Both the position numbers and the translations under genes were made by a program. A stretch of DNA of 64,000 nt from Eledone cirrhosa (lineage: Eukaryota): NCBI GenBank assembly GCA_964016885.1, contig OZ024760.1, forward strand, positions 26,908,001-26,972,000. Direction: 5' to 3'. The notes under the pieces were generated by a model that was not told the DNA's origin, made no database searches, and saw only the letters and a program-made list of their open reading frames with translations. Positions 12,059 to 24,198 of this stretch are shown in pieces (position 1 is the stretch's first letter; each line of letters starts with the position of its first letter).

Positions 12059-14031
12059 CAGTGTAACCCCCGGCATTCGTGGTCCTGGTTATTTGTGGGA
12101 ATTTTCCTTAGAACCCAACTAATACTTGTTCGTGGAAACCACCGCATATTCGCGGAAGCGTAAAAATCTTTCGTGATTTTTTTATGGCTTTTTTTTCCGT
12201 GGCAATATATAATCTTTTAACGCTAAATTATTAATAACAACATCCCCTTGCTCAAGGAAACAGACCGGGTGACGTGTTGTTTCCTTGAGCAAGACACTTT
12301 ATTTCACATTGCTCCAGTTTACTCAGCTGTAGAACTGAGATGTAAAGTGGTCGTGGAGGTGCCACAGCAAAAAAGCACCCAGCCCACACTGTAAAGTGGT
12401 CGTGGAGGTGCCACGGCAAAAAAGCACCCTGCCCACATTGTAAAGTGGTCATGGAGGTGCCACAGCAAAAAAGCACCCAGCCCACATTGTAAAGTGGACG
12501 TGGAGGTGCCACAGCAAAAAAGCACTCAGCCCACACTGTAAAGTGGTTGTGGAAGTGCCACAGCAAAAAAGCACTCAGCCCACACTGTAAAGTGGTCGTG
12601 GAGGTGCCACGGCAAAAAAGCACCCAGCCCACACTGTAAAGTGGACGTGGAAGTGCCACGGCAAAAAAGCACTCAGCCCACACTGTAAAGTGGTCGTGGA
12701 GGTGCCACGGCAAAAAAGCACCCAACCCACACTGTAAAGTGGACGTGGAGGTGCCACGCCAAAAAAGCACCCAGCCCACACTGTAAAGTGGACGTGGAGG
12801 TGCCACGGCAAAAAAGCACTCAGCCCACACTGTAAAGTGGACGTGGAAGTGCCACGGCAAAAAAGCACTCAGCCCACACTGTAAAGTGGTTGTGGAGGTG
12901 CCACAGCAAAAAAGCACCCAGCCAACACTGTAAAGTGGTCGTGGAGGTGCCATGGCAAAAAAGCACCCAGCCCACACTGTAAAGTGGACGTGGAAGTGCC
13001 ACGGCAAAAAAGCACTCGGCCCACACTGTAAACTGGTTGTGGAGGTGCCACAGCAAAAAAGCACCCAGCCCACACTGTAAAGTGGTCGTGGAGGTGCCAC
13101 AGCAAAAAAGCACTCAGCCCACACTGTAAAGTGGTCGTGGAGGTGCCACAGCAAAAAAGCACTCAGCCGACACTGTAAACTGGTTGTGGAGGTGCCACAG
13201 CAAAAAAGCACTCAGCCCACACTGTAAAGTGGTCGTGGAGGTGCCACGGCAAAAAAGCACTCAGCCCACACTGTAAAGTGGACGTGGAAGTGCCACGGCA
13301 AAAAAGCACTCAGCCCACACTGTAAAGTGGACGTGGAGGTGCCACGGCAAAAAAGCACCCAGCCCACACTGTAAAGTGGTCGTGGGGGTGCCACGCCAAA
13401 AAAGCACCCAGCCCACACTGTAAAGTGGACGTGGAGGTGCCACGGCAAAAAAGCACTCAGCCCACACTGTAAAGTGGTCGTGGAGGTGCCACAGCAAAAA
13501 AGCACTCAGCCCACACTGTAAAGTGGTCGTGGAGGTGCCACGGCAAAAAAGCACTCAGCCCACACTGTAAAGTGGTCATGGAGGTGCCACAGCAAAAAAG
13601 CACTCAGCCCACACTGTAAAGTGGTCGTGGAGGTGCCACAGCAAAAAAGCACCCAGCCCACACTGTAAACTGGTTGTGGAGGTGCCACAGCAAAAAAGCA
13701 CCCAGCACTCACTGTAAATGAGGTTGGTGTTAGGAGGGGCATCCAGCTGTAGAAATCAAGCCAGAATCAGTTCCCGTCCCACCCTTGCAAGCAGGGAAAA
13801 GCGGATGCAAAATGATGATGATGATGATGATCCTGTATTTACCGGTCTATTAGACGCCCTTTCGCATAAGATACTCCCTCTTTTTTTTATTATATTTTAT
13901 GTTAAATTTTGATGTTTATAGGCATTTTTATGGACCACATCCAATATTCGCAAGGTTTTTTCATTCTTTGCTGCTGCTCTAGGAACGTATCCCTCCCCCT
14001 GTGAATACCTGTGGGGGGTGGGGGACAACTG
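12059..14031. mobile_element. pogo/Tigger-like MITE interrupted by a SINE and array
   Basis: TA|CAGTGTAACCCCC..CATTCG at the left end and GAATAC..GGGGACAACTG|TA at the right end. Confidence 0.5.
12247..13831 (+). mobile_element. 5'-truncated SINE family 1 containing a 49-bp array (12341-13716, about 28 copies)
   Basis: CORE part at 12262-12340, unit CACACTGTAAAGTGGTCGTGGAGGTGCCACAGCAAAAAAGCACTCAGCC, normal tail. 15-nt inverted piece at 12247-12261. Confidence 0.9.
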
Positions 14032-14314
14032 TATATATTTTTTTCACACTCAGAGTTACTGAAACACAGAACAAACTACCTGCATCAGTTGTTAGCTGTC
14101 GGGACACTGCATCCTTTAAAACCTCCATGTTTCCTGAGCTTCGCCAACACTACACCTGATATCCCCCCTCCATACACACACACACATGTATATCATGACT
14201 CATACACTGTTCATTTTCCTGACATTTGTAATTATTCTATGCACTATACATGCACCTTTGATGAGTTGTAGTGCACCTGAGCACTGTACACAATAATTTC
14301 ATTATTATATATGT

Positions 14315-14929
14315 ATGATGCGCATGAAAGACGACAGCTGCATAAAAAAGTGCAGGGCGATCAAAATTGATGGTAGTTACAGAGTAGGTAGACCCAGAAA
14401 AACCTGGGACGATCTGATAAATTCCGACCTTACACACTTGCACCTCTCTAAGACAATGTCATTGGACTGAGATCTTTGGCACTACGCAGTAATACAGAAG
14501 ACTCGCCTTGCCTATGTACAAGGCAAAACCTATGGTCAGTAGGCACCTCCTAACCAAATATACACCCCAATCCACTACCCCTGCCCTATCCTCCCATTCC
14601 CACCAACACCACCCTCTCTCTGTAAAGTTGGTACCACAACATCCAGTCCAAATAAATGAGATCGAGATCGTGTAGGTGTCACGAGAAAAAAAACACACAG
14701 TCCACGCTGTAATATGGCCGTGTAGGTAACACGGTAAAAAGTTCCCAATTCTACACTGTAAATGTGGTTGGTGTTAGGAAGGGCATCCAGCCGTAGAAAA
14801 ACCTGCCAGATAGTCCTATATGAGAGAGACACGGTCACCCGACCAAACTTACCTCAAGTGGGACAACTCCCGTCTAACCCATGCTAGCGTGGAAGATGGA
14901 TGTTAAACGATGATGATGATGATGATGAT
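14315..14929 (+). mobile_element. RTE family A 3' fragment
   Basis: MRMKDDSCIKKCRAIKIDGSYRVGRPRKTWDDLINSD, then 3'UTR and (GAT)n. Confidence 0.85.
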
Positions 14930-15078
14930 ATATATAAATCTTGAGTATATGTTGGTTGTATATGATTCCAGTTCCTCAGAGAAATAACAACACAACCGGG
15001 AGCTGGACATATCGATGTATTGACGGAGTAAAACACACTTCAACAACATGTGTACCTGTCTTTCCCACACCAATTCGG

Positions 15079-15133
15079 ACTGCCTGAAGAGGTCACAGCC
15101 AATGATGGCTGTCACCAAAATATATATAGCAGT
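15079..15133 (+). ncRNA. Hammerhead (F3) with core G12>A, probably inactive
   Basis: ACTGC-CTGAAGA-helix II-AAAA-TATATATA-GCAGT. Confidence 0.55.
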
Positions 15134-15202
15134 ATACCTTTAATTTATAATAAACGAAGCTAAATTTTACCTATTTGACTTAATTATTTTATATATGTAT
15201 AT

Positions 15203-15551
15203 GAAGGCACATGGCTTAGTGGTTAGAGCATTGGCCTTGCAATCGAAAGGTTGTGAGTTCAATTCTCAGACATGGTGATGTGTTGTTTCCTTGAGCAAGA
15301 CACTTTATTTCACATTGCTCCAGTTTACTCAGCTGTAGAAATGAGATGATAGGGACTGGGGTCACTATCATTCCACTGCAAAGTGGTCGTGGAGGCTCCA
15401 CGGCAAAAAAGGCACCCATCACTCACTGTAAATGAGGTTGGTGTTAGGAAGGGCATCCAGCTGTAGAAATCAAGCCAGAATCAGTTCCCGTCCCACCCTT
15501 GCAAGCAGGGAAAAAGCGGACGTAAAATGAAATGATGATGAATGAAATGAT
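15203..15551 (+). mobile_element. SINE family 1
   Basis: Full copy. Confidence 0.9.
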
Positions 15552-15784
15552 ATGTGTGTGTATACATGAGTATATACAATACATATGACACACACTCACA
15601 CATAAAGTGACCCCCCCCCCCGTAAAAAATAATAATAATAATAAATTACTGCTGGATCACATATGTTGGATTTTTAAGAGAAAAAAACTAAAAATCAAAC
15701 AGCAAGTACCTGTTAGTAAACTGGCAGTACTTGGTCCTTAGGGCTCCCCCTTTATTGAACATTCCTTACTATGGTGGATGGGGG

Positions 15785-16141
15785 CTACATACATACTCAT
15801 ATATACACACATTCCTTACTATTGGGACCACTATACACACAATCATACATACGCATACATGCATACACACACATACACACACACATACATACATACACAC
15901 ATACATATGCACACACATACATACACACATACATATGCATACACACACATACATATGCATACACACATATACATATGCACATACATACACACTTACAGAA
16001 ATACATATGCATACGTATGCATATACACATACATACACACTTACATACACATACATATGCATACACACATACACACACATACATACGCATACACTCACAC
16101 ATACATATACACACACACGCATACACACAGACATACACACA
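15785..16141. repeat. (CA/TA)n compound microsatellite
   Basis: Direct reading. Confidence 0.9.
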
Positions 16142-16255
16142 TTCCTTCAGCTAATCTGGATGTACCTGTGCTCACACAACACCTTTCTAACATTCCCTGA
16201 CACGATAACTCAAAAAATATATAAATACAGCAACAACAACAACAAAAACAATAAT

Positions 16256-16287
<32 letters not shown>

Positions 16288-16423
16288 CCATCATCATCAT
16301 TTTACGTCCGCTTATCCCTGCTTGCAAGGGTGGGACGGGTCTTATTCAGCACAGCATCTCTCCACTTGTAATAAAATAATTTCTAAACTCTAAGCCCCTT
16401 ACAACATGGTACCATGACAAAAA

Positions 16424-17152
16424 TAATTGTTTTATACTTTAGGCACAAGGTCAGCAAATACCCCAGTGTATTACTGGTACTTTATTTTATCGACCCAGCA
16501 ATAATTGTTTCTACTTTAGGCACAAGGTCAGCTATTACCTCAGTGTATTACTGGTACTTTATTTTATCGACCCTGTAATAATTGTTTCTACTTTAGGCAC
16601 AAGGTCAGCAATTACCTCAGTGTATTACTGGTACTTTATTTTATCAACCCTGTAATAATTGTTTCTACTTTAGGCACAAGGTCAGCAATTACCTCAGTGT
16701 ATTACTGGTACTTTATTTTATCGACCCTGTAATAATTGTTTCTACTTTAGGCACAAGGCCAGCAATTATTCCAGTGTATTACTGGTACTTTATTTTATCG
16801 ACCCAGTAATAATTGTTTTTACTTTAGGCACAAGGCCAGCAATTATCCCAGTGTATTACTGGTACTTTATTTTATCGACCCAGCAATAATTGTTTCTACT
16901 TTAGGTACAAGGCCAGCAATTATCCCAGTGTATTACTGGTACTTTATTTTATCAACCGCGTAATAATTGTTTCTACTTTAGGCACAAGGCCAGCAATTAT
17001 CCCAGTGTATTACTGGTACTTTATTTTATCGACCCAGTAATAATCGTTTCTATTTTAGGCACAAGGCCAGCCTTTTATCCCAGTACATTACTGGTACTTT
17101 ATTTTATCGACCCAGTAATAATTGTTTCTACTTTTGGCACAAGGCCAGCAAT
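16424..17152 (-). repeat. 77-bp tandem array, about 9.5 copies, of the SINE family 2 3' end
   Basis: Unit TAATAATTGTTTCTACTTTAGGCACAAGG..ACTGGTACTTTATTTTATCGACCC(T/A)G. Further SINE2 copies at 17252-17655. Confidence 0.9.
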
Positions 17153-18224
17153 TTGAATAGAATGGGAGAATCGAACCCAGAACGCAAACAGCCGAAAAAA
17201 AAAATACTTTGTTGTAAAGTTAGTATGTTGTATGGAGAGATTACCAGCCAGTAATAATTGTTACTACTGTTTTGGCACAAGGCGAGCAATTACCCAGTGT
17301 ATTACTGGTACTTTACAATAATAATTGTTACTACTTTAGGCACAAGGCCAGCAATAAACCAGTGCATTACTGGTACTTTATTTAATCGACCCCGTAAGGA
17401 TGAAATGCAAAGTCAACCTCGGCGGGATTTGAACTCAGATCGTAAAGGGACGTAACTATGCTGGAAAGCATGGCGCCGATCCTCTACCGATACTGCCAAT
17501 CCACTTACAATAATAATGATTTCTGATTTAGGCACAAGGCCAGCAATTCTTTTTTTTGGGGGGAAGGGAAAATTGATTAAATCGACCCCAGTGCATTACT
17601 GGTACTTTATTTTATTGATCCCCATAAGGATGAAAGGCAAAGCTAATCTCGGCAACCGGTGTGAAGAAAAAGTGGCCGCATAAGTCTGTTCTAAGCTGGA
17701 GACTCATATGTTTGAACCCTTGAATTACATGCCCAACTCATTTTTTCCAACTGAAGTTAAGTGTCTTGCTCAAGGACACAATGTGGCGTTACCTGGTGCG
17801 GAAATTGAACTCATGACTTTGCAATCATATGCTGAACACTGTAACCACTAAGCCACATGCCTTCTCTGTACTACTAAAGAAAAAAAATATCTGCTGTTCT
17901 ATGAAGGTTATCTAGATAGGACGTATGAAATTTAAGATGATGCACCGATTCAAATGAAATTTAGGATAAAGATATTTTTTTTAAATGCGTATTTGGGGTT
18001 GAAATGCTGTATGATATGCAGTTGATGAGGTTGTAACAGAGTATCAAATGTTAGAGGGAAAATACTGTATGTGTCACTACATCACACAGCTATCATGTGA
18101 CATATTATCAGCAGTAGCTGGCTTTCCATTTATCCTCACCTTTTCATAGATATATCAATCTGGTCATAGACATGGTTGAATTGCTAAACAGGCTAAAGAG
18201 GTTTGTTTCACCTTCACGAGATGC

Positions 18225-19030
18225 CTGGTTCAATTCTGTTGCCAGGTTCAATTCTGTTGCCAGGTTCAATTCTGGTTTCTGGTTCAATTCTGGTTCCTGG
18301 TTTAATTCTGTTGCCTGATTCAATTCTGTTTCCCGGTTCAATTTTGGTTCCTGGTTCAATTCTGTTTCCCGGTTCAATTCTGTTTCCCGGTTCAATTTTG
18401 GTTCCCGGTTCAATTCTGGTTCCTGGTTCAATTCTGTTTCCCGGTTCAATTCTGTTTCCCGGTTCAATTCTGGTTCCTGATTCAATCCTGTTTCCTGATT
18501 CAATCCTGTTTCCTGGTTCAATCCTGTTTCCTGGTTCAATTCTAACTCCTGGTTCAATTCTGTTTCCCAGTTCAATTCTGGTTCCTGGTTCAATTCTGTT
18601 TCCTGGTTCAATTCTGTTTCTTGGTTCAATCCTGTTTCCTGGTTCAATTCTGTTGCCTGGTTCAATTCTGTTTCCCAGTTCAATTCTGGTTCCTGGTTTA
18701 ATTCTGTTGCCTGGTTCAATTCTGTTTCTTGGTTCAATTCTAGCTCCTGGTTCAATTCTGTTTCCTGGTTCAATCCTGTTTCCTGGTTCAATACTAACTC
18801 CTGGTTCAATTCTGTTGCCAGGTTCAATCCTGTTTCCTGGTTCAATCCTGTTTCCTAGTTCAATTCTAGCTCCTGGTTCAATTCAGGTTCCTGGTTCAAT
18901 CCTGTTTCTTGGTTCAATTCTAGCTCCTGGTTCAATTCAGGTTCCTGGTTCAATCCTGTTTCTTGGTCCAATTCTCTGTTGCCTGGTTCAATTCTCTGTT
19001 GCCTGGTTCAATCCTGTTTCCTGTTTTAAT
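18225..19030. repeat. 18-bp minisatellite (TGGTTCAATTCTGTTTCC variants)
   Basis: About 44 units, giving the NQETEL and PGSILF pseudo-ORFs. Confidence 0.9.
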
Positions 19031-19139
19031 TCTGGTGACTGACATTTTGTTCAAACTGGGAGTTCCTATGGACAACCATGCACATAGCTATATATATATT
19101 GTTTTAGCTGTTGTTGTTGTTGTTATCATTATTGTTACA

Positions 19140-19800
19140 ATAACGACAACACCACCACTACAACAACAACAACCACAACAACCACTGCAACCACCACCAC
19201 AACAACAACAACTACCACAACAGCAACAACAACAACCACCAACACCACAACCACCACCACCACAACAACAACCAACAACCACAACAACCACCACCACAAC
19301 AACAACCACCGCCACCACAACAACAACCACCACCACAACAACCATCACAACAACAACCACCACCACCACCACCACCACCACTACCACAACAACCACCACC
19401 ACCACAACCACCACCACAACAACAACAACCAACAACAACCACCACCACCACCACCACAACAACCACCACCGCCACCACAACAACCATCACCACAACAAAA
19501 ACCACCACCACAACCACCACCACGACAACAACAACCACCACCGCAACCACCACAACAACCACCACCACAACCACCACCACGACAACCACCACCACGACAA
19601 CAACAACCACCACCGCAACCACCAACAACAACCACCACCACCACCACAACAACAACCAACAACAACCACCACCACCACAACCACCACAACAACCACCACC
19701 ACCACAACCACCACAACAACCACCACCACCACAACCACCACAACAACCACCACCACCACCACCGCAACCACCACAACAACCACCACAACAACCACCACCA
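19140..19800. repeat. (CAA/CAC)n microsatellite
   Basis: Direct reading. Confidence 0.95.
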
Positions 19801-20383
19801 CTGTACTCCCTCCCTCCTCACCCCGCCGCCTCTTCATCCCCTCCCCTGTCCCCAGTCCACCTCTGTACCCCCCCTCCCTTCCGTAACCCCTTCCTCTACC
19901 TGTCCCCCTCTTCACCCCTGCCCCCTCTACCCCCTCCATCCCTCTACACTCTCCCTCCTCTACCAGACAACCCCCCCCCCTCCCTCCATTTCCACAGTAA
20001 AACACCTGAAAAGGTAGCCAGCAGTAATCAAGAGCTGTGATATATCATCCATGTTCAGGTGTGGCAGGTGGATATGACGTCAGCCTTGTGTTATAGTATA
20101 CTAATTAAGGTAGATATTAAAGACAGTATTGTCTAAAGCAAGAGTTTGTTTGTTTGGGGGTGGGGGGTGCTTGGGGGGTGCTGGCGGTCGGAGGGGTGTG
20201 TGGGGGTCGGCGTGAGTGGTTTCTTTGTCATTTTGTTAAACTGGGGAAAGCTGGACAAAATTACACGTGATCAATGTATGTTGGTGTGTGTGTGTGTGTG
20301 TGAGTGTGAGAGGGTGTATGTGTATGTGTGTGGGTGGGTGGGGATATGTGTGTGTGTATGTATGTATGTATGTATGTATATAG

Positions 20384-20790
20384 TGGAGGCACGTGGCCTA
20401 GTGGTAAGGGTGTTGGACTTACGATCATAATGTCGTGGGTTCAATTCCTGGACTGGGTTGTGTGTTGTGCTCTTGAGCAAAAAACACTTCATTTCACGTT
20501 GCTCCAGTATACACAGCTGAAAATGAGTACCAGTAATAGCTGGGGGTTTAACTCTGCGATGGACTGGCGTCCTGTCCAGGGGGAAGTCTTGTACTCTCAG
20601 TCGCTTGACGCCATGGAACCAGGATAAGTACTGGCCAAATGAGTCTCCTGGCTTAAGACAGAGTTTAACCCTGCGATGGACTGGTGTCCTGTCCAGGGGG
20701 ATGTTTTGTACCCTCAGTCACTTCACGCCATGTAACCGGGATAAGCACCGGCCAAATAAGTCTTCTGGTTTGAGACAGACTTTAGACTTT
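20384..20790 (+). mobile_element. tRNA-derived SINE family 4 with duplicated 3' block
   Basis: A and B boxes, CORE-like part, CTGCGATGGACTGG.GTCCTGTCCAGGGG twice. Degenerate minus-strand copy at about 26215-26455. Confidence 0.75.
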
Positions 20791-20810
20791 TTAGATATAT
20801 ATACATATAT

Positions 20811-22388
20811 CACGCAGATGATCTAACGCTCATAGCTGAATGAATGACCGAACTAGAGAAGAAATTCCAAACATGGAAGCACGGCCTAGAATCAAAAGGC
20901 CTTAAAATTAACCTGGCTAAGACTAAAGTTCTAGTTTGTAGGAAAGAAAATAAGGCGGCGGTCCCATCTGGGAAATGGCCATGCTCAGTGTGTAGGAAAG
21001 GCGTAGGTAGAAACTCCATTTTATGTCCCAAATGCAAAGTATGGGTGCATAAAAGATGTAGTGGGATCACAGGTAAGCTAACTAAGAACATAGATTTTAC
21101 ATGTGGCCGGTGCTCTGGTGCAATAAGTAGCAGCAAGTGCCCACAAAATACTAGCTCCTTCAACTGCGCAGAGGGTTCTATAGAAATAGTGGACAGCTTC
21201 CGTTATCTGGGTGACAAAATCAGCAGTGGGGGAGGGTGCTCTGAAAGTACAGTAGCTAGAGTCAGAACTGGATGGAAAAAGTTCAGAGAGCTTATACCAC
21301 TATTAGCCGCTAGAGGGTTCTCCCTAAAAATGAAAGGCAGGTTATACGATGCCTGCATACGAACAGCAATGCTGCATGGCAGTGAGACCTGGGCATTGTG
21401 TGCAGAGGATATACGCAGACTAGAGAGGAACGAAGCTTGCATGCTCCGCTGGATGTGCAATAGTAATATACGTGAACGGCAAAGCATAAACGAACTAAGG
21501 AAAAAATTAGAAATAAGAGGGATCAGATGTTGTTTACTCGAGAGAAGGCTACGTTGGTACGGTCACGTGATGCGCATGAAAGACGACAGCTGTATAACAA
21601 AGTGCAGGGCAATAAAGATAGACGGTAGCCACGGAGTAGGCAGACCCAGAAAAACATGGGACGAGCTGATAAATTCCGACCTCACACGCTTACACCTCTC
21701 CAAGACAATGTCACTGGACCGAGACCTTTGGCGGTACTCAGTAATAGAGAAGACCCGCCTTACCTAAATACAAAGTAAAAACCTACTACAGTCAGTAGGC
21801 ATCTCTATCAAAACACACCCCCGTCCCACCACCTCCACCCCACCCACACCGCCCCTTTCAATGTAAAGTTATGTTGGTCCCACAACATCCAGGCCGAAAC
21901 AAATGAGATTGTGTAGGTGTCACGACAAAAAACACACAGTCCACGCTGTAAATGTGGCCGTGTAGGCAACACGGTAAAAACCTCCCAGCCCCACACTGTA
22001 AATGTGGTTGGTGTTAGGAAGGGCATCCAGCTGTAGAAAACCCGCCAGACAGTCCACGCTGTAATGTGGCCGTGTAGGCAACACGGTAAAAACCTCCCAG
22101 CCCCACACTGTAAATGTGGTTGGTGTTAGGAAGGGCATCCAGCTGTAGAAAACCTGCCAGACAGTCCACGCTGTAATGTGGCCGTGTAGGCAACACGGTA
22201 AAAACCTCCCAGCCCCACACTGTAAATGTGGTTGGTGTTAGGAAGGGCATCCAGCTGTAGAAAACCCGCCAGACAGTCCTATGCGAGCAAGACAACCACT
22301 CTTGCCTCAAGTGGGAAAACCCCCGTCCAAACCCATGCAAGCGTGGAACACGGACGCTAAACCTGATGATGATGATGATGATGATGAT
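20811..22388 (+). mobile_element. RTE family A, 5'-truncated, with PHD finger; three 112-bp tandem units in the 3'UTR (21936-22279)
   Basis: ORF 20844-21767 contains KTKVLV, C4HC3, FRYLGD, MLHGSETW, RRLRWYGHV and GRPRKTW. (GAT)n tail. Confidence 0.9.
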
Positions 22389-22836
22389 ATATATATATAT
22401 ATCATCATCATCATCATTTTACGTCTGCTTTTCCCTGCTTGCAAGGGTGGGACGGGTCTTATGTTTTTTTGTTTTTTTTTTGGGGGGGGGGCAGAGAGTG
22501 GAGAGCCGTTGCTCCTAGCTGTAAAGCAAACAATTATTATTATATAAAAACTGAACCGTAAAAGTCAACAGTTGATTTTGATTTTGTATCAGTACTGATG
22601 GTAATATATACATATATGTATGTGTGTGTGTGAGTGGTGTGTGTGTTTGTATGCATGAGTGTTGGTGTGTGAGTGAGTGTGTGTGTGTGCCGTGAGTGTC
22701 AATAAGTGTTTTTTTTTTATGACCATGCTGTAAAATGGAGGAGTAGAGAGGGCCCATGATTCCAGTAAGACATCCTCTCTAATGCTGGTGGCACAAATAA
22801 AAGCACCCAGTCCATGCTGTAAAGTGGAGTGAAAGA

Positions 22837-23320
22837 GTGAAAGAGTGAAGAATAACATGGTCAACAGTACAAAAAGGGTTTTATTTACAGTATTAACAAT
22901 TGTTTCATTGATTAAGTTGTCTTAAAATTGCTAATCACTTGAAGTTGTGTCACTCAATTTTAAATACAATGTATGCTTAACCAAATCATCAGTTTTTCTG
23001 ATTTTGATTAGGCATACATTGTATTTAAAATTGAGTGACACAACTTCAAGTGATTAGCAATTTTAAGACAACTTAATCAATGAAACAATTGTTAATACTG
23101 TAAATAAAACCCTTTTTGTACTGTTGACAATGTTATTCTTCACTCTTTCACTATTATTACTCCAAGATTAACTTACATAGGAATGCAAGAGAACTCACAA
23201 ACTCGCCACCTAAGGAAACCTCTTGTTGAGTCAAACAACGCCGTACGCTAAAACTATCCACAATACGGAGTACTCACAACTTCTAACTGGATTACCTATA
23301 ACAATAACTTGTTATCCCTG
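22837..23320. mobile_element. Fold-back element with 150-bp arms and possible extended hammerhead (F12)
   Basis: Near-perfect inverted repeat 22837-22985/23003-23152; ends in (TA)n. Confidence 0.7.
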
Positions 23321-23423
23321 ATATATATATATATATATATATATAAGTTATTCCAGGTTGAATCGGAGGTAACCACAATAAGTAAGGTACTCAATACATA
23401 GCAGAGTATAAAAGTTTTAATAT

Positions 23424-23474
23424 AGATTCCTGATGATTTCTAAGGAATGAAACAGTTCTAGTCCTGTAGAATCT
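23424..23474 (+). ncRNA. Type I hammerhead (F4) with full helix III
   Basis: AGATTC-CTGATGA-TTTC taag GAAT-GAAA-CAG ttctagtc CTG-TA^GAATCT. Element spans 23345-23478; rearranged copy at 45320-45397. Confidence 0.75.
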
Positions 23475-23682
23475 CATATATATATATATAGAGAGAGATA
23501 GATATATAGATATATAGATATAAATAAATATACACGGGTGTGTATGATTGTGTATAGAAGATTATATTAATAAAAGGAATTCCAACTTTGTCTGATTTAC
23601 TCGTTTTATTTACAATCCTTTAAAATTTATAATGGTATTATAATGAAATAGTATGGTAGAATATTAAGTGTTAAGTGTTAAT

Positions 23683-23721
23683 TGAACAAGTACTTTCTTG
23701 CTTTCGCAATCTTCAGGTTCA
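23683..23721 (-). ncRNA. Minimal type I hammerhead (F5)
   Basis: Reverse complement reads TGAAC-CTGAAGA-TTGC gaaa GCAA-GAAA-GTAC-TT^GTTCA. Confidence 0.8.
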
Positions 23722-24123
23722 TATTCAGTGGTGACAGTCAAGTTTGCAATTTTCAACTGTAATGAGATGGCTAAATTCTGTGCCTTATATACAGTAAAAA
23801 GGGGCTACAGAATGCTAAGTTTTGCAAACTATATTTAGACCAATCGGTGTGTAGTTTCACTAGATTACTAAAGCTGATTGGTTTAGGCATCACGGTTGGT
23901 TGAGCATGTCTAACGACTTCTATTTGACCCTATCCAAAGCATCAATTGTTTTGCTATTTTTAGAAATGATGAAAATAGCATTTTCTAGGGTTTTTATAAA
24001 AAATCTTCAGTAATCATCACCATCAACATCACTTTTATTATTATTATTGTTGTTGTTGTTAGTGGTGGTAGTCGACATGGTCGTAGGCGTAGTCATAGTC
24101 CTGACCATGTTATTAACCTTTTA

Positions 24124-24194
<71 letters not shown>

Positions 24195-24198
<4 letters not shown>

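Noticed and set aside
18144-19042. NQETEL or PGSILF repeat protein
   Set aside because: The 18-bp unit is open on both strands by composition. The minus frame has an in-frame TAG at about 18856, and 20-bp units shift the frame. Not fully excluded without RNA data.
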